Part shown: positions 17,563 to 27,465 of the stretch, one piece after another | Numbering within the stretch: the first letter of the stretch is position 1 | How the letters are laid out: each line of letters starts with the position of its first letter | Source of the DNA: Promethearchaeota archaeon | Lineage (GTDB): Archaea; Asgardarchaeota; Hermodarchaeia; Hermodarchaeales; Hermodarchaeaceae | NCBI GenBank assembly: GCA_048938385.1 | Contig: JBHLMG010000010.1 | Span: 1-64,000 of the forward strand | DNA length: 64,000 nt | Reading direction: 5' to 3' | Made by a program: the position numbers and the translations under genes | The notes under the pieces: generated by a model | Told to the model about the DNA's origin: nothing | Database searches by the model: none | The model's input: only the letters and a program-made list of their open reading frames with translations

Positions 17563-20500
17563 ATGCAGCGTCGCACACTCACTTGTTTGGTATTACTCAC
17601 GCTTTTTCTCTTCTCGTCGGTGAACCTCTTCACCTCGAATGTTGGTACTCCACTCCTTGGAGAACCCGCCACCGATTCTTCGGGTGGCACCCAGATCGAA
17701 TCTGCGCGCTCACCTACGGCGCCTCCACCGCCAGAAGGCCCGACCTGGGACGGGAGCGAATACCTCTATCAAGGCCTTGGACAGACCCTACCGTCCCAAG
17801 AATTTTCTTATGGACCAACTGCAATTTTAGGCGTTACCGATCTAGATTTTGGAGAAACCGCAACAGGGCAAATCGATATCCCTCAGGGATGGACTGGCTA
17901 CTATCTCACTGCTTCGGTGTACAATCTGTTTGACAAAATTTCCCACATAGCAGGTAATACACGGAACGGTAATTTTGAATCAGGTACGACATCACCGAAT
18001 TACTGGGTTGAAAGCAAACGCGGAATGTCGGGAGGAGGTATTGCTGGGCTGTCTTGGAATTGGGGAACAGATTGGGGAGAAACAGACAAGGGCATCAATA
18101 TTTGGGCTAATACAAGTGGTTATCCATGGCAAGCCAATCTTAACCTCATAGAATATATTGGCTGGACACAAACAATCGATCTCAACCGCATTGATCCCAC
18201 CTATGCTTGGCTGTCCTTCGATGTTCGATTCTACGATGACAATGTCCATGGACGCGATGATGATGACGAGATGGCCGTCTATGCAGAAGTGGGAGGAGCC
18301 GAGCGTATTTTTGTCTGCTGGAGGTATTGCCCTAATGCCTGGAGACAAGGCTGGCAATTTTACAACATCAATTTTTCTCTTACACCCGACGAGCTCCAAT
18401 CGTGGACTTCAGACACGATTAATGTCACCTTAGGCATGACGGTGGACTTTGATTGGACGATTAACAATTATTTTGCCATGGATTTTGATAATGTTGAACT
18501 CATCGTCCGAGGAAAAGCTAGCCCGACTGCGAATGGCTTACAACTCCGACTCAACAGCTCATCCTCCTGGGTGAATCCCACCTATGGTTCTGGAACGATC
18601 TCCTTAGCTGGCACATGGGGTCCCTATCCTTCCGACGACTATGTTGTGGCTAGCTGGACGACTGTAAGTGCCATTAGTAGAAATGTCGACTTCAATTATA
18701 CTTTGACACTTTACATTAAACGAAGCGGAACGACCGAAGCTCAAACTGGCCCCGAGGGCTCTACCTTTTTGGTTAAGCATGGACTTAATGCGTCCTGGAC
18801 GGCTTGGTTTTTCGCCGACTTTTATTCCACTTACTATACCAACTACAACTTCACGATAAAGAAGCCAGCGGGAGGAACCTGGTCCCTGAGTAGCGTTACT
18901 GATCCGAACTTGAATTCAAAGACGGCTGAGGTTCTCGCCCAAAGTAACGCTACATATTGGTGTCTCCCCGCCTCTCTGATTACCGCCTTTGGCTGGTGGA
19001 AATTCACCTTCACCTCCTTCAACCAGATCGAATCGGTATCCGGACTGCAAAGCCTCTATCGTATTAATCCTCGCTCCCCGTCTATCCTCTCCATCACGGT
19101 GACCTTTGAGAGCGTCACTTCCGGTGAGGTTAACCTAACCATCTACAATGCACAGCACCAACATGTGTATAGTGCGCCCACAGGTACCGTTACTGGCGGA
19201 ACGCATCCCTTCACTGTGGACTTCGATGATGGAGACCTGTTTCCAGCTGGGACTTACGATTTGTGTATTTCTTACGATGATAATGTAACCTTATCGCAAG
19301 TAGGTTTCTATCGTGCCACCTTTGATATTGAACATGACTCAAGCCTTACGCCAGAAACGACCCCGCTGACTGTGGGCTATAACGATGGTGGTTTCTTCTA
19401 TCCCCGAGTCGCCTACAACGACATCGAAACTTCTGGGAGTCCATTCATTGGTAACACCTCAGGAAGCGTCACAGTTACTGGGCAAGTGAGTGGTCGACCC
19501 CTAGTTACCTTCCGTCAAGTCGGCAGCTTATATCAAGCCATTGTCCCCGACACCTATGCCCAACCTGGCGATCACAACCTCGCAGTAACTGCCGATGACC
19601 CCTTCTACGATGCAGCGCAAACAACGATTGTTCTTCGAGTGCGTAGTTCTACTACACTCTCATCACCGACTCCTGGTTACACCGCTTACTACCTTGAAAC
19701 CTTCATGCTGCAAGTCTTTTATGAAGACAACAATGGCACGGGTATCTCTGGTGCAGCTAGCTGGTTTACAACTCCGGGTTGGTCGGGCACTTCGATCACT
19801 CCAGGTGGTTCTGCGGGTTGGTACAACATCCAAGCCGACTCTGACGCGGACGGGCGAATCATTGGCACCCACACGCTCACCGTGACGGTGACGGACCCCT
19901 CAGCCTACTATCAATCACGCACTCTCCAATTTACCATCGTCGTCCGAGGTCGTAACACCCTATTGACCTCCACGACCCCCAGTTCTGTGCCCTATGGCGC
20001 CACGGCACGATTTAGCATTACTTTATCTGATTTAGATGGAGGTGCTCCGCCTAATAATAGCACGAACAAGCTTCACCTTTCCCTTTGGCGTGGGGGAGTT
20101 CGTTGGACTTCACCAGAAGCCTCCATTATCTATGGTGGGGCAAATGGGAAATGGAACATCTCTGTTGATACAGGCTTTCTTCCTGGTGTAGGAGACTACA
20201 CTTTTGAGGTGCGGTTCGAGTGGTACCACATATCCAGTGATAACTCGCCCTTCTACGGAAACCGAACCGTGGATGTCACCGTGTCTGCCCGCCTTGTGGG
20301 TACCAGCATCACCTATGATCCCCCCAATCCCATCCCCATCAATGATGACGCAGACATCACCATTTACTATCAGATCGATGATCCGATTTACTTCCCCATC
20401 AGCCGAATCTTTGGGATAGTCAAAGCGGATGTTACTGTGCTCCTAAATGGGACGAACTTGGGCACTGGATTTGATTGGGACCCACAACTTGACGGTTCTT

Positions 20501-23500
20501 ATATCCTCACGATTTACTCTTCGGACCTAAATCAAGTCGCTGTTTGGGAAATTAAAATCACGATTAATAAATCGGGTGACTCTTATCAAGGAGCCAGTCG
20601 CACCTTTCTTTTCAATGTTCGACAACGCTTAACCCAGGTCATCGTTGATCCTCCCACTTCTACACCCTATCAGCAAAATACGCCCATAACCTTTAGTTGG
20701 TTTGATCTGGATGCGGGTTCAACACCGATCGCGCTCTCGAGCGTCTACCAGGTTACGATCTCCGGATATGGGTCTCCACAAACCTTCACTAACCCTGGAA
20801 CCTGGACAGTTACCCTCGTCACCAATACATGGACTCCTGGAATCTACAGTCTAAAGCTACTCATTACTGGAGATGATCCTCCGGGAATTTATAATCAGAC
20901 CAAGTCGGCTGTGACCGTCCGAATTCGCATCCACTATACGGGTGTAACGGTGCAACCCCCGAATCCCACTCCTTGGGGTCGGGACACCCTTATGACCGTA
21001 CTCTGGACCGATTTAGACATCGGAGGAAATGTGCCCATTATTGAATTGGTTCAAGTTGTTGTTTCGGATGGTCCTGGTGGGGATCAGACCTTCTTCAGCC
21101 TCTCCTTCACCTTAGATACAGATACCTGGAGTATCGGTGAATACATTCTCAATGTGACCGTGTATGCGAGAACTTCACCCTCCCGGTCATATAACGATGC
21201 CTGGGGGAGCGTGACCGTTGTTATTCGTATACATCGCGTCGAGGTTGTGGTGCCCACCCCCTCCCCTCGAGCCTGGGGACAAGATACAGCGATGTCGGTA
21301 ACCTGGAAGGACTTGGACACCAAAACCACTATTCCGGGAATTAACCTTGACAGTATCGTTGTCTCCGACGGTCCTGGCGGCGATCAGACCTTCTTCAGCC
21401 TCTCTTTCATATTAGACACGGATGCGTGGGGTGTCGGGGAATACCTACTCAATGTGACGGTTTACCCGGATATGACGCCGCAGCTGTACGAGATTGCGAG
21501 TTATTTAGTCACCATCACGATTCGGGCCCACTATGTCAGTGTGACGGTTGATCCGCCCGCCCAAACACCGTGGGGAGCAGACACCTCTCTCACTATTGCC
21601 TGGCGCGATGTTGACATGGATGCGCTAATTTCCGACACAGGCCTGGACAATGTCACCATCACTGGTGGGCCAGGGGGGAATCAGGTCTTCTTCACCCTCA
21701 CCCCCACTTTGAGCACTAGTAGTTGGAGTGTTAACAGTTACAGCCTCACTGTTTGGGTATATGGCAACGCTTCTTATTATGTCAACAGTGGACCCGTAAC
21801 GGTAGTAATTCGCGGACACCAGACCCAAACCGTCGTTACCCCACCCCAGCAGACTCCCTTTGGCTTTGACACAGCCATCTCTGTTTCTTGGCTAGATCTC
21901 GATCTTGGCAGTATTGATGTGCCTGGAGGAAACCTACTGTCTGTTACTGTTTCGGGAGGTCCTGGTGGGGCCCAAGTGTTTGGCAGCCTGAGTTTCACCC
22001 TAGTTACCAATACTTGGAGCGTGAATACCTACATTCTCACCGTTACCGTTTCACCCTCAAATGCGAACTACCTTGGTAGCAGTTCGCAGACCACGATCAT
22101 CATCCGCATTCACTACACCTCAATCACGGTCCAAACCCCCGAACCGACCCCTTGGGGGCTTAACACCCCCCTCACCGTGACCTGGACTGACCTGGACACT
22201 GGAGGACCAGTTCCCGGAGGCCAGTTACTCCAAGTGGTGGTGTCAAATTGCCCCGTCGGTGGCGATCAACCCTTTGGTAGCCTCAGCTTCACCCTCGTCA
22301 CTGACACCTGGGCTCTGAGCTCTGGCTACTCGCTTATCGTCACCGTTTACGCCACTACTGGACCCCGCTCTTACAGCGACGCCATTGGCAGCGTACTCGT
22401 GGCCATTCGCACCCACCGCGTCAATGTCGTCGTAACTGGTCCTGCACCCGTGCCTGAAGGTGGTCGTATTTTCATCAGCATCGAATGGTCTGACATCGAT
22501 ACCTTAACACCAATTGGCACTGGAGTCTTAGATTATGTGATTGTCACAAAAACATCAGGTCCTCTAAACTCCCCTGGTTTACCATATACTAACTGGACCC
22601 ACCTTGAGTTCTACATCGATGCAACTGGTTGGGATACAGGTACCTTCAAGTTAAATGTCACCGTGTATTCGTCTAACCCTAACTATGCTGATGGTTGGGG
22701 ACCAGTAAACATCGTAATTCGTGTGCACTCTATTACAGCAGATGTCGATCCTATCCCCCGAGTTCCGTTTGGCAATGATATCAACATAACGCTCCGCGTT
22801 GATGACAGTGATGATGCCATCCCACTGCCAGAAAACCATATTTCCTCTGTGGTGATCTCTGGGGGACCGTCAACTATCACCTTGGATAGTAGTAACTGGT
22901 GGATCTGGGTTGAAAACGGCACATTCGGCGTTGGCACTTATCTAATCACCTTAGATGTGTCAGGCTGGGCACTCAGTACCTATAACCTTCAAATCAATGT
23001 GTATACCTCTTCGAGTTACGGAAATGGTGTGGTTTATACTCGACTAATAGTCCGAGCCCTCGCGATTAGCTTTACTTACCAAAGCCCACCCGTTGTTCCT
23101 TGGGGCGAAGATGGACTGCTCATCGTCACCTACATTGTGAGCGATGATGCCACGCAAGATGGTAATCCAATTGAACCGCCTGGGATTACCATCAACATCG
23201 CCACACTAACGCAAGGTGTGCATTTTGATTGGACTTATTGGACGAACGGAAAATACAACATCACCTTTTACAGTTCGTACCTCACATCCGTGCAGACCTA
23301 CCAATTTGACATCACCATCTCTAAATCCGCTGAATATTCCACGGGCGTACTGAATGCTGTACCACTAACGGTCCGTTCGTTGTACACCTGGTTACATCCG
23401 ACAGATGTCCCAATAACCCCCTTCGGCGATCATGTCCTAATCGATGTCGAATACATCGTACTCGATGGTGAAAGCTCCCTTTTTGGACAACCCATCCATA

Positions 23501-26500
23501 CTGGAAGCGAAATACTAACTATCACAGGCCTTGATGGCTTCAACCCCACCTCTGTAACCTGGCAATGGGTTGGCGCATTATCGATCTATCGAATCAACAT
23601 CAGTGCTACCGATATCACCGCCATCCAAGCTTACAAAATCATGATCAGCATTTCCGGCTCAGGCGCTGGGTATGACCCCGACATTATTCCTTCACTCACT
23701 TTCAATGTGCGCACCGTTTTCACCGCACTAGCTGTGACGCCTGTCGACGCCCAGGCCTACCTTGACAACTTCACCATCCAGATTACATATACGGTTAATG
23801 ACCCTGACAGCTCCCGCAATGGGCGAGGCATCGATGGCCAAGCCTCTATCATTGAACTCGTCGAATACCCTGGGCTATTTACTGTGATTCCACTTGGCAA
23901 TGGGATCTACAACATCATTATCAACTCAACTGGTGTAGGTGCGCCTGGTTCGTATCTCGCCACCATCACCACCGCCTGGACCCAATCGCCACCCCCCTAC
24001 GCCATCCAGACCCGACAAGTCACCCTCTTCGTAACCGAACGCCCTACCAGAATCCGAAACACCATCGGCGAGGAATATGGGTATCTCGACGAAATCCTCA
24101 TAAACTTCACCTACTCGGATCTAATACGCCTTGAATGGATCCTGAATACCTCCTATGGGGGAGGACACATCTTCATTTCGGTCTACAACAATACTCCTGC
24201 GACTCCAGTTTTGATTCCAAACGATGCGTGGTATGTTACAGAAATCATTGGAGGAACTCATGCTTTTCAACTTCATATCCAAGCTAACTATTTCCTTAGA
24301 GTCAACACCTTCTTTGATTTCCTAGTCAATGTAACTTGGCAACCCGCAACAGCCCCCTACTTCCAATTCCGAATTTTCGAATTCCGAGCCTATGTGGTAG
24401 GTCAACGAACCAATGTGATCTTCCAACCAAGTACAGGACCTACTCCCTACTACTCGAACATCAACATCGTATTTCGATTTGTCACTGAACAGGGTGCACC
24501 TATTAACCAAGATAGCTGGCCTTTAGTTGCTGTATCCCTTCTCTGCGAACAAGTGCCTAGCTTTGGCATTCAAGGACTAGACTGGGATTACACCTTTACA
24601 GGAAGTGGGTTTTATGAAATCTGGATCGACTCTACCCGACTCATTGGAATTGGCTCTTACACCTTCTATGTGAATGTAACCTACCCTGGAGGGGCTGACC
24701 CCTTCTTTGAATCCCAGTACAACGAACCTGTCACACGATTAGTGCGATACATCGATACCTTGTTAACCTATATCGATCCCGGTCCCTTGTATTATGGCGA
24801 TGACCTGACCCTCACGGTCCGATATTGGGATCGCGATAACGATGTCCCAGTACCAAACATCCCACCAATTAATTTCACTCTTACTGGTGGAACCTACTCA
24901 GGACCAACTCCATTGGGAGGGGGATGGTGGGAATTTATCGTTGCCACCTCGGGAATAGGTGCTGGTGGAGAATTCACGATTTCAGTCTATGCAAATCAAA
25001 GCTATTACTATTGGCAGAGCCTATCTGTTCCAGTCTACATCTATGAAGTCCCATTACAAATCACACTCGATACTCCACCCATCATCGATAGGTATTATGG
25101 GCAATTGGACCCTGCTTGGGTTAATGTAACCATAACAATTGGTGCGGGTTCGTTGAAAGACACTGAAGTCCTCAATGCCTTAGTTCAAGCCATATGGGAT
25201 GAACCCACCCTCACTTTCATTAACAACACCGATGGAACTTATTCGTGTGACATAGGCACACTTTGGAATAAGGGTCGATACACCATAGAAATTCGAGCAT
25301 CATTACCTGGATACTACTCCAACGATTCAATTTTCATCATTTATACCATTACAGCTGGTCCAAGCATCCTCGATGTGTATGGAAGGCCAAGCACATCATT
25401 CTACTTGTATGCGGGTGACCTCTATTTTATCGCCGTCAACTTTACAACTCCAGACGGAACGCCCCTAACAGGTGCAGAAGTCACTTGGAGTAGTGCAGAT
25501 TTAACACCATCCTCCGGAGACCTTTCTGAGACTTTCCCTGGAATCTATAATGCGAGTTTCAGTTCGCTTGGTTACGGATTATTCATCTACACAATTTCTG
25601 TCAAGGCATCCTTAGGCGGAAATGTCCAGTCGCAAACGCTCACATTCCAAATTGATGTCCGCTACACACCGGCAAAGATCCAACCTGCAGACAACAACTA
25701 TTTCATACCTGTAGAGTATTCTGAAAACTTCACCCTCATATTCTACTTCAATGACACACTGAATAACCAACCAATACCTAGCGAACTAATCCTTGCTAGA
25801 TGGGATCCACTTCCTGGGGGAAATGCAACGCTAAATCCAATGGCCGGTGGGTTCTACAACTACACATTTCCAGCTACACTGTTAGCTGGGCTCACATATC
25901 CATTATATCTTACTTACATTGGTTCGACAGCCTTTGATTGTCCTCCAACCACAATAACCATCCAAATAACACCACGCCTAACAAGCCCTGTCGACCAAGC
26001 GAATATCGTGTCCGTTCGTGAAGACTGGAATAAGACGATTAGTATTCTTCAAGTACCTGTTGGTGATTGGCTCTACATCTACCTCAATTATACTGATGCT
26101 GATGGCATACCAATTCTTTACGGAGAAGGGATCGTTACTGTTGGCGATGTCGGAGTGTCCGGAGTGTTCTATTTTGATGCGAGTAAAGGACTGTATGTGG
26201 TAACTCTCAATGCTAGTGACTTCGGTCGTGGAACTTGGTCCTTACGGGTGACAGTTTCGAGAACCAACTTCGAAAGTTCAACCTATGCAACTAACTTCGA
26301 AGTGATTCAGATTCCCACAGCACTGACGGTCACAGAAATTGATGAAGTCCCAGTAGTGGAACCCGGAAGTGCGTACTTCTATATTGGATCACCACTGACC
26401 ATTCACCTCTTTCTAAATGACACTTGGCACAATGAAGGGGTTGAAGGCGCTACGCTTACCCTTCCCAGAACTCTAGTTGATGCAGGTTTTGTAATTGTAC

Positions 26501-27462
26501 CACTAGAAGACGGTTACTATGAAATCCAAGGAACCTGGAATCTCTTTTCGCTCACAACAACTTCAATAGCTCTCACGGTTACAGCTGAGAAGACTGAACC
26601 GCTAAGGCACGAAACCGCCCAATTGTCAGGGTGGGTTCTGACATTTTCGCCCCCAGCCACTTTGCTAATAACAGTGTATGGTGGAATCGGTGCGGCGGTG
26701 ATGCTCATCGTCGTCCTTATGACTTGGCTCTTATGGGTTCGTGTCTTTTCTATTCCTTGGGAAGTTCGTCGGATGCGATCGTTAGCAAAGACCGTCGAGA
26801 AGGACGAAAACTTCAAGCTAAGTAAGAAGGATCTAAAGCGCTTCCATGCCCGTGAACTTACGCTCAAGGATAAGGTCACTACAGCCATGGCTACCGTTGG
26901 GGTGGCGGCAACGCCCGCGATGATGCCGGCTATCGAAACGGTTGAAGAGGTTACAGCCACTGAGGAAGACATCATGGGAGAACTCGACAAGATTCCTGGG
27001 TTAGGCCCTGAAGAGAAAGGTGTACTCGCTGAAGAGATGCGCAAGATTCCACGCAAGGATCGAATCTGGTTCCTAGACGACCTCCGCAAGCAGATGGGCC
27101 AGCGTCGGATGGACTTTCTCACAAAACGTGAATTAGGGGAAGTGACCGAAGTACCCGAAGCAATACCACCGACGGAAGCTCCACCAGAGGTGCCCCTGGA
27201 CAAAGTGAAGGCCGCTGAACCACCACCACCTGAGAAGGCGTTAACGGAGGACCGGACCGCACCAACTGTACTACCACCGGAGTTTCAGCCACCACCGGTT
27301 GACCCCGCGGTGGAAGCGGAGATTAACCGTGAGTTAGCCAAGATTCCTGGCCTCTCGGCGCAGGAGAAAAAGGACTTACTTGACCACCTGAAGTACCTGT
27401 CGAAAGAGGAGCGGAAGGCAACTTACATTTCGTTACGCCAGTCTGCGGACAGGGAAGACTAG
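17563..27462 (+). CDS. Giant (3299 aa) type I membrane surface glycoprotein with tandem Ig-like repeats and a cytoplasmic tail
   Basis: Signal peptide, Thr/Val/Tyr-rich beta repeats with many N-x-S/T sequons, one TM near 26660-26745, and a charged tail with a duplicated ELxKIPGL unit. Confidence 0.88.
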   Translation: MQRRTLTCLVLLTLFLFSSVNLFTSNVGTPLLGEPATDSSGGTQIESARSPTAPPPPEGPTWDGSEYLYQGLGQTLPSQEFSYGPTAILGVTDLDFGETATGQIDIPQGWTGYYLTASVYNLFDKISHIAGNTRNGNFESGTTSPNYWVESKRGMSGGGIAGLSWNWGTDWGETDKGINIWANTSGYPWQANLNLIEYIGWTQTIDLNRIDPTYAWLSFDVRFYDDNVHGRDDDDEMAVYAEVGGAERIFVCWRYCPNAWRQGWQFYNINFSLTPDELQSWTSDTINVTLGMTVDFDWTINNYFAMDFDNVELIVRGKASPTANGLQLRLNSSSSWVNPTYGSGTISLAGTWGPYPSDDYVVASWTTVSAISRNVDFNYTLTLYIKRSGTTEAQTGPEGSTFLVKHGLNASWTAWFFADFYSTYYTNYNFTIKKPAGGTWSLSSVTDPNLNSKTAEVLAQSNATYWCLPASLITAFGWWKFTFTSFNQIESVSGLQSLYRINPRSPSILSITVTFESVTSGEVNLTIYNAQHQHVYSAPTGTVTGGTHPFTVDFDDGDLFPAGTYDLCISYDDNVTLSQVGFYRATFDIEHDSSLTPETTPLTVGYNDGGFFYPRVAYNDIETSGSPFIGNTSGSVTVTGQVSGRPLVTFRQVGSLYQAIVPDTYAQPGDHNLAVTADDPFYDAAQTTIVLRVRSSTTLSSPTPGYTAYYLETFMLQVFYEDNNGTGISGAASWFTTPGWSGTSITPGGSAGWYNIQADSDADGRIIGTHTLTVTVTDPSAYYQSRTLQFTIVVRGRNTLLTSTTPSSVPYGATARFSITLSDLDGGAPPNNSTNKLHLSLWRGGVRWTSPEASIIYGGANGKWNISVDTGFLPGVGDYTFEVRFEWYHISSDNSPFYGNRTVDVTVSARLVGTSITYDPPNPIPINDDADITIYYQIDDPIYFPISRIFGIVKADVTVLLNGTNLGTGFDWDPQLDGSYILTIYSSDLNQVAVWEIKITINKSGDSYQGASRTFLFNVRQRLTQVIVDPPTSTPYQQNTPITFSWFDLDAGSTPIALSSVYQVTISGYGSPQTFTNPGTWTVTLVTNTWTPGIYSLKLLITGDDPPGIYNQTKSAVTVRIRIHYTGVTVQPPNPTPWGRDTLMTVLWTDLDIGGNVPIIELVQVVVSDGPGGDQTFFSLSFTLDTDTWSIGEYILNVTVYARTSPSRSYNDAWGSVTVVIRIHRVEVVVPTPSPRAWGQDTAMSVTWKDLDTKTTIPGINLDSIVVSDGPGGDQTFFSLSFILDTDAWGVGEYLLNVTVYPDMTPQLYEIASYLVTITIRAHYVSVTVDPPAQTPWGADTSLTIAWRDVDMDALISDTGLDNVTITGGPGGNQVFFTLTPTLSTSSWSVNSYSLTVWVYGNASYYVNSGPVTVVIRGHQTQTVVTPPQQTPFGFDTAISVSWLDLDLGSIDVPGGNLLSVTVSGGPGGAQVFGSLSFTLVTNTWSVNTYILTVTVSPSNANYLGSSSQTTIIIRIHYTSITVQTPEPTPWGLNTPLTVTWTDLDTGGPVPGGQLLQVVVSNCPVGGDQPFGSLSFTLVTDTWALSSGYSLIVTVYATTGPRSYSDAIGSVLVAIRTHRVNVVVTGPAPVPEGGRIFISIEWSDIDTLTPIGTGVLDYVIVTKTSGPLNSPGLPYTNWTHLEFYIDATGWDTGTFKLNVTVYSSNPNYADGWGPVNIVIRVHSITADVDPIPRVPFGNDINITLRVDDSDDAIPLPENHISSVVISGGPSTITLDSSNWWIWVENGTFGVGTYLITLDVSGWALSTYNLQINVYTSSSYGNGVVYTRLIVRALAISFTYQSPPVVPWGEDGLLIVTYIVSDDATQDGNPIEPPGITINIATLTQGVHFDWTYWTNGKYNITFYSSYLTSVQTYQFDITISKSAEYSTGVLNAVPLTVRSLYTWLHPTDVPITPFGDHVLIDVEYIVLDGESSLFGQPIHTGSEILTITGLDGFNPTSVTWQWVGALSIYRINISATDITAIQAYKIMISISGSGAGYDPDIIPSLTFNVRTVFTALAVTPVDAQAYLDNFTIQITYTVNDPDSSRNGRGIDGQASIIELVEYPGLFTVIPLGNGIYNIIINSTGVGAPGSYLATITTAWTQSPPPYAIQTRQVTLFVTERPTRIRNTIGEEYGYLDEILINFTYSDLIRLEWILNTSYGGGHIFISVYNNTPATPVLIPNDAWYVTEIIGGTHAFQLHIQANYFLRVNTFFDFLVNVTWQPATAPYFQFRIFEFRAYVVGQRTNVIFQPSTGPTPYYSNINIVFRFVTEQGAPINQDSWPLVAVSLLCEQVPSFGIQGLDWDYTFTGSGFYEIWIDSTRLIGIGSYTFYVNVTYPGGADPFFESQYNEPVTRLVRYIDTLLTYIDPGPLYYGDDLTLTVRYWDRDNDVPVPNIPPINFTLTGGTYSGPTPLGGGWWEFIVATSGIGAGGEFTISVYANQSYYYWQSLSVPVYIYEVPLQITLDTPPIIDRYYGQLDPAWVNVTITIGAGSLKDTEVLNALVQAIWDEPTLTFINNTDGTYSCDIGTLWNKGRYTIEIRASLPGYYSNDSIFIIYTITAGPSILDVYGRPSTSFYLYAGDLYFIAVNFTTPDGTPLTGAEVTWSSADLTPSSGDLSETFPGIYNASFSSLGYGLFIYTISVKASLGGNVQSQTLTFQIDVRYTPAKIQPADNNYFIPVEYSENFTLIFYFNDTLNNQPIPSELILARWDPLPGGNATLNPMAGGFYNYTFPATLLAGLTYPLYLTYIGSTAFDCPPTTITIQITPRLTSPVDQANIVSVREDWNKTISILQVPVGDWLYIYLNYTDADGIPILYGEGIVTVGDVGVSGVFYFDASKGLYVVTLNASDFGRGTWSLRVTVSRTNFESSTYATNFEVIQIPTALTVTEIDEVPVVEPGSAYFYIGSPLTIHLFLNDTWHNEGVEGATLTLPRTLVDAGFVIVPLEDGYYEIQGTWNLFSLTTTSIALTVTAEKTEPLRHETAQLSGWVLTFSPPATLLITVYGGIGAAVMLIVVLMTWLLWVRVFSIPWEVRRMRSLAKTVEKDENFKLSKKDLKRFHARELTLKDKVTTAMATVGVAATPAMMPAIETVEEVTATEEDIMGELDKIPGLGPEEKGVLAEEMRKIPRKDRIWFLDDLRKQMGQRRMDFLTKRELGEVTEVPEAIPPTEAPPEVPLDKVKAAEPPPPEKALTEDRTAPTVLPPEFQPPPVDPAVEAEINRELAKIPGLSAQEKKDLLDHLKYLSKEERKATYISLRQSADRED
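20626..22720 (+). repeat. Intragenic tandem ~300-nt (~100 aa) repeats
   Basis: Recurring P..TPWG.DT...W.DLD..GPGG.Q.F..LSF.L.T..W units. An identical 23-mer lies at 21082-21104 and 21382-21404. Confidence 0.85.
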
Positions 27463-27465
27463 CTT

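Noticed and set aside
20626-22720. Diversity-generating retroelement TR/VR pair or CRISPR-like array
   Set aside because: The repeats are in-frame protein domains with mostly synonymous differences not limited to adenines. No reverse transcriptase or cas gene is present.
26517-27203. 228-aa minus-strand ORF and similar antisense ORFs (e.g. 16461-16973, 7096-7509)
   Set aside because: They lie largely or wholly antisense to well-supported genes and are Ser-rich with no motifs.
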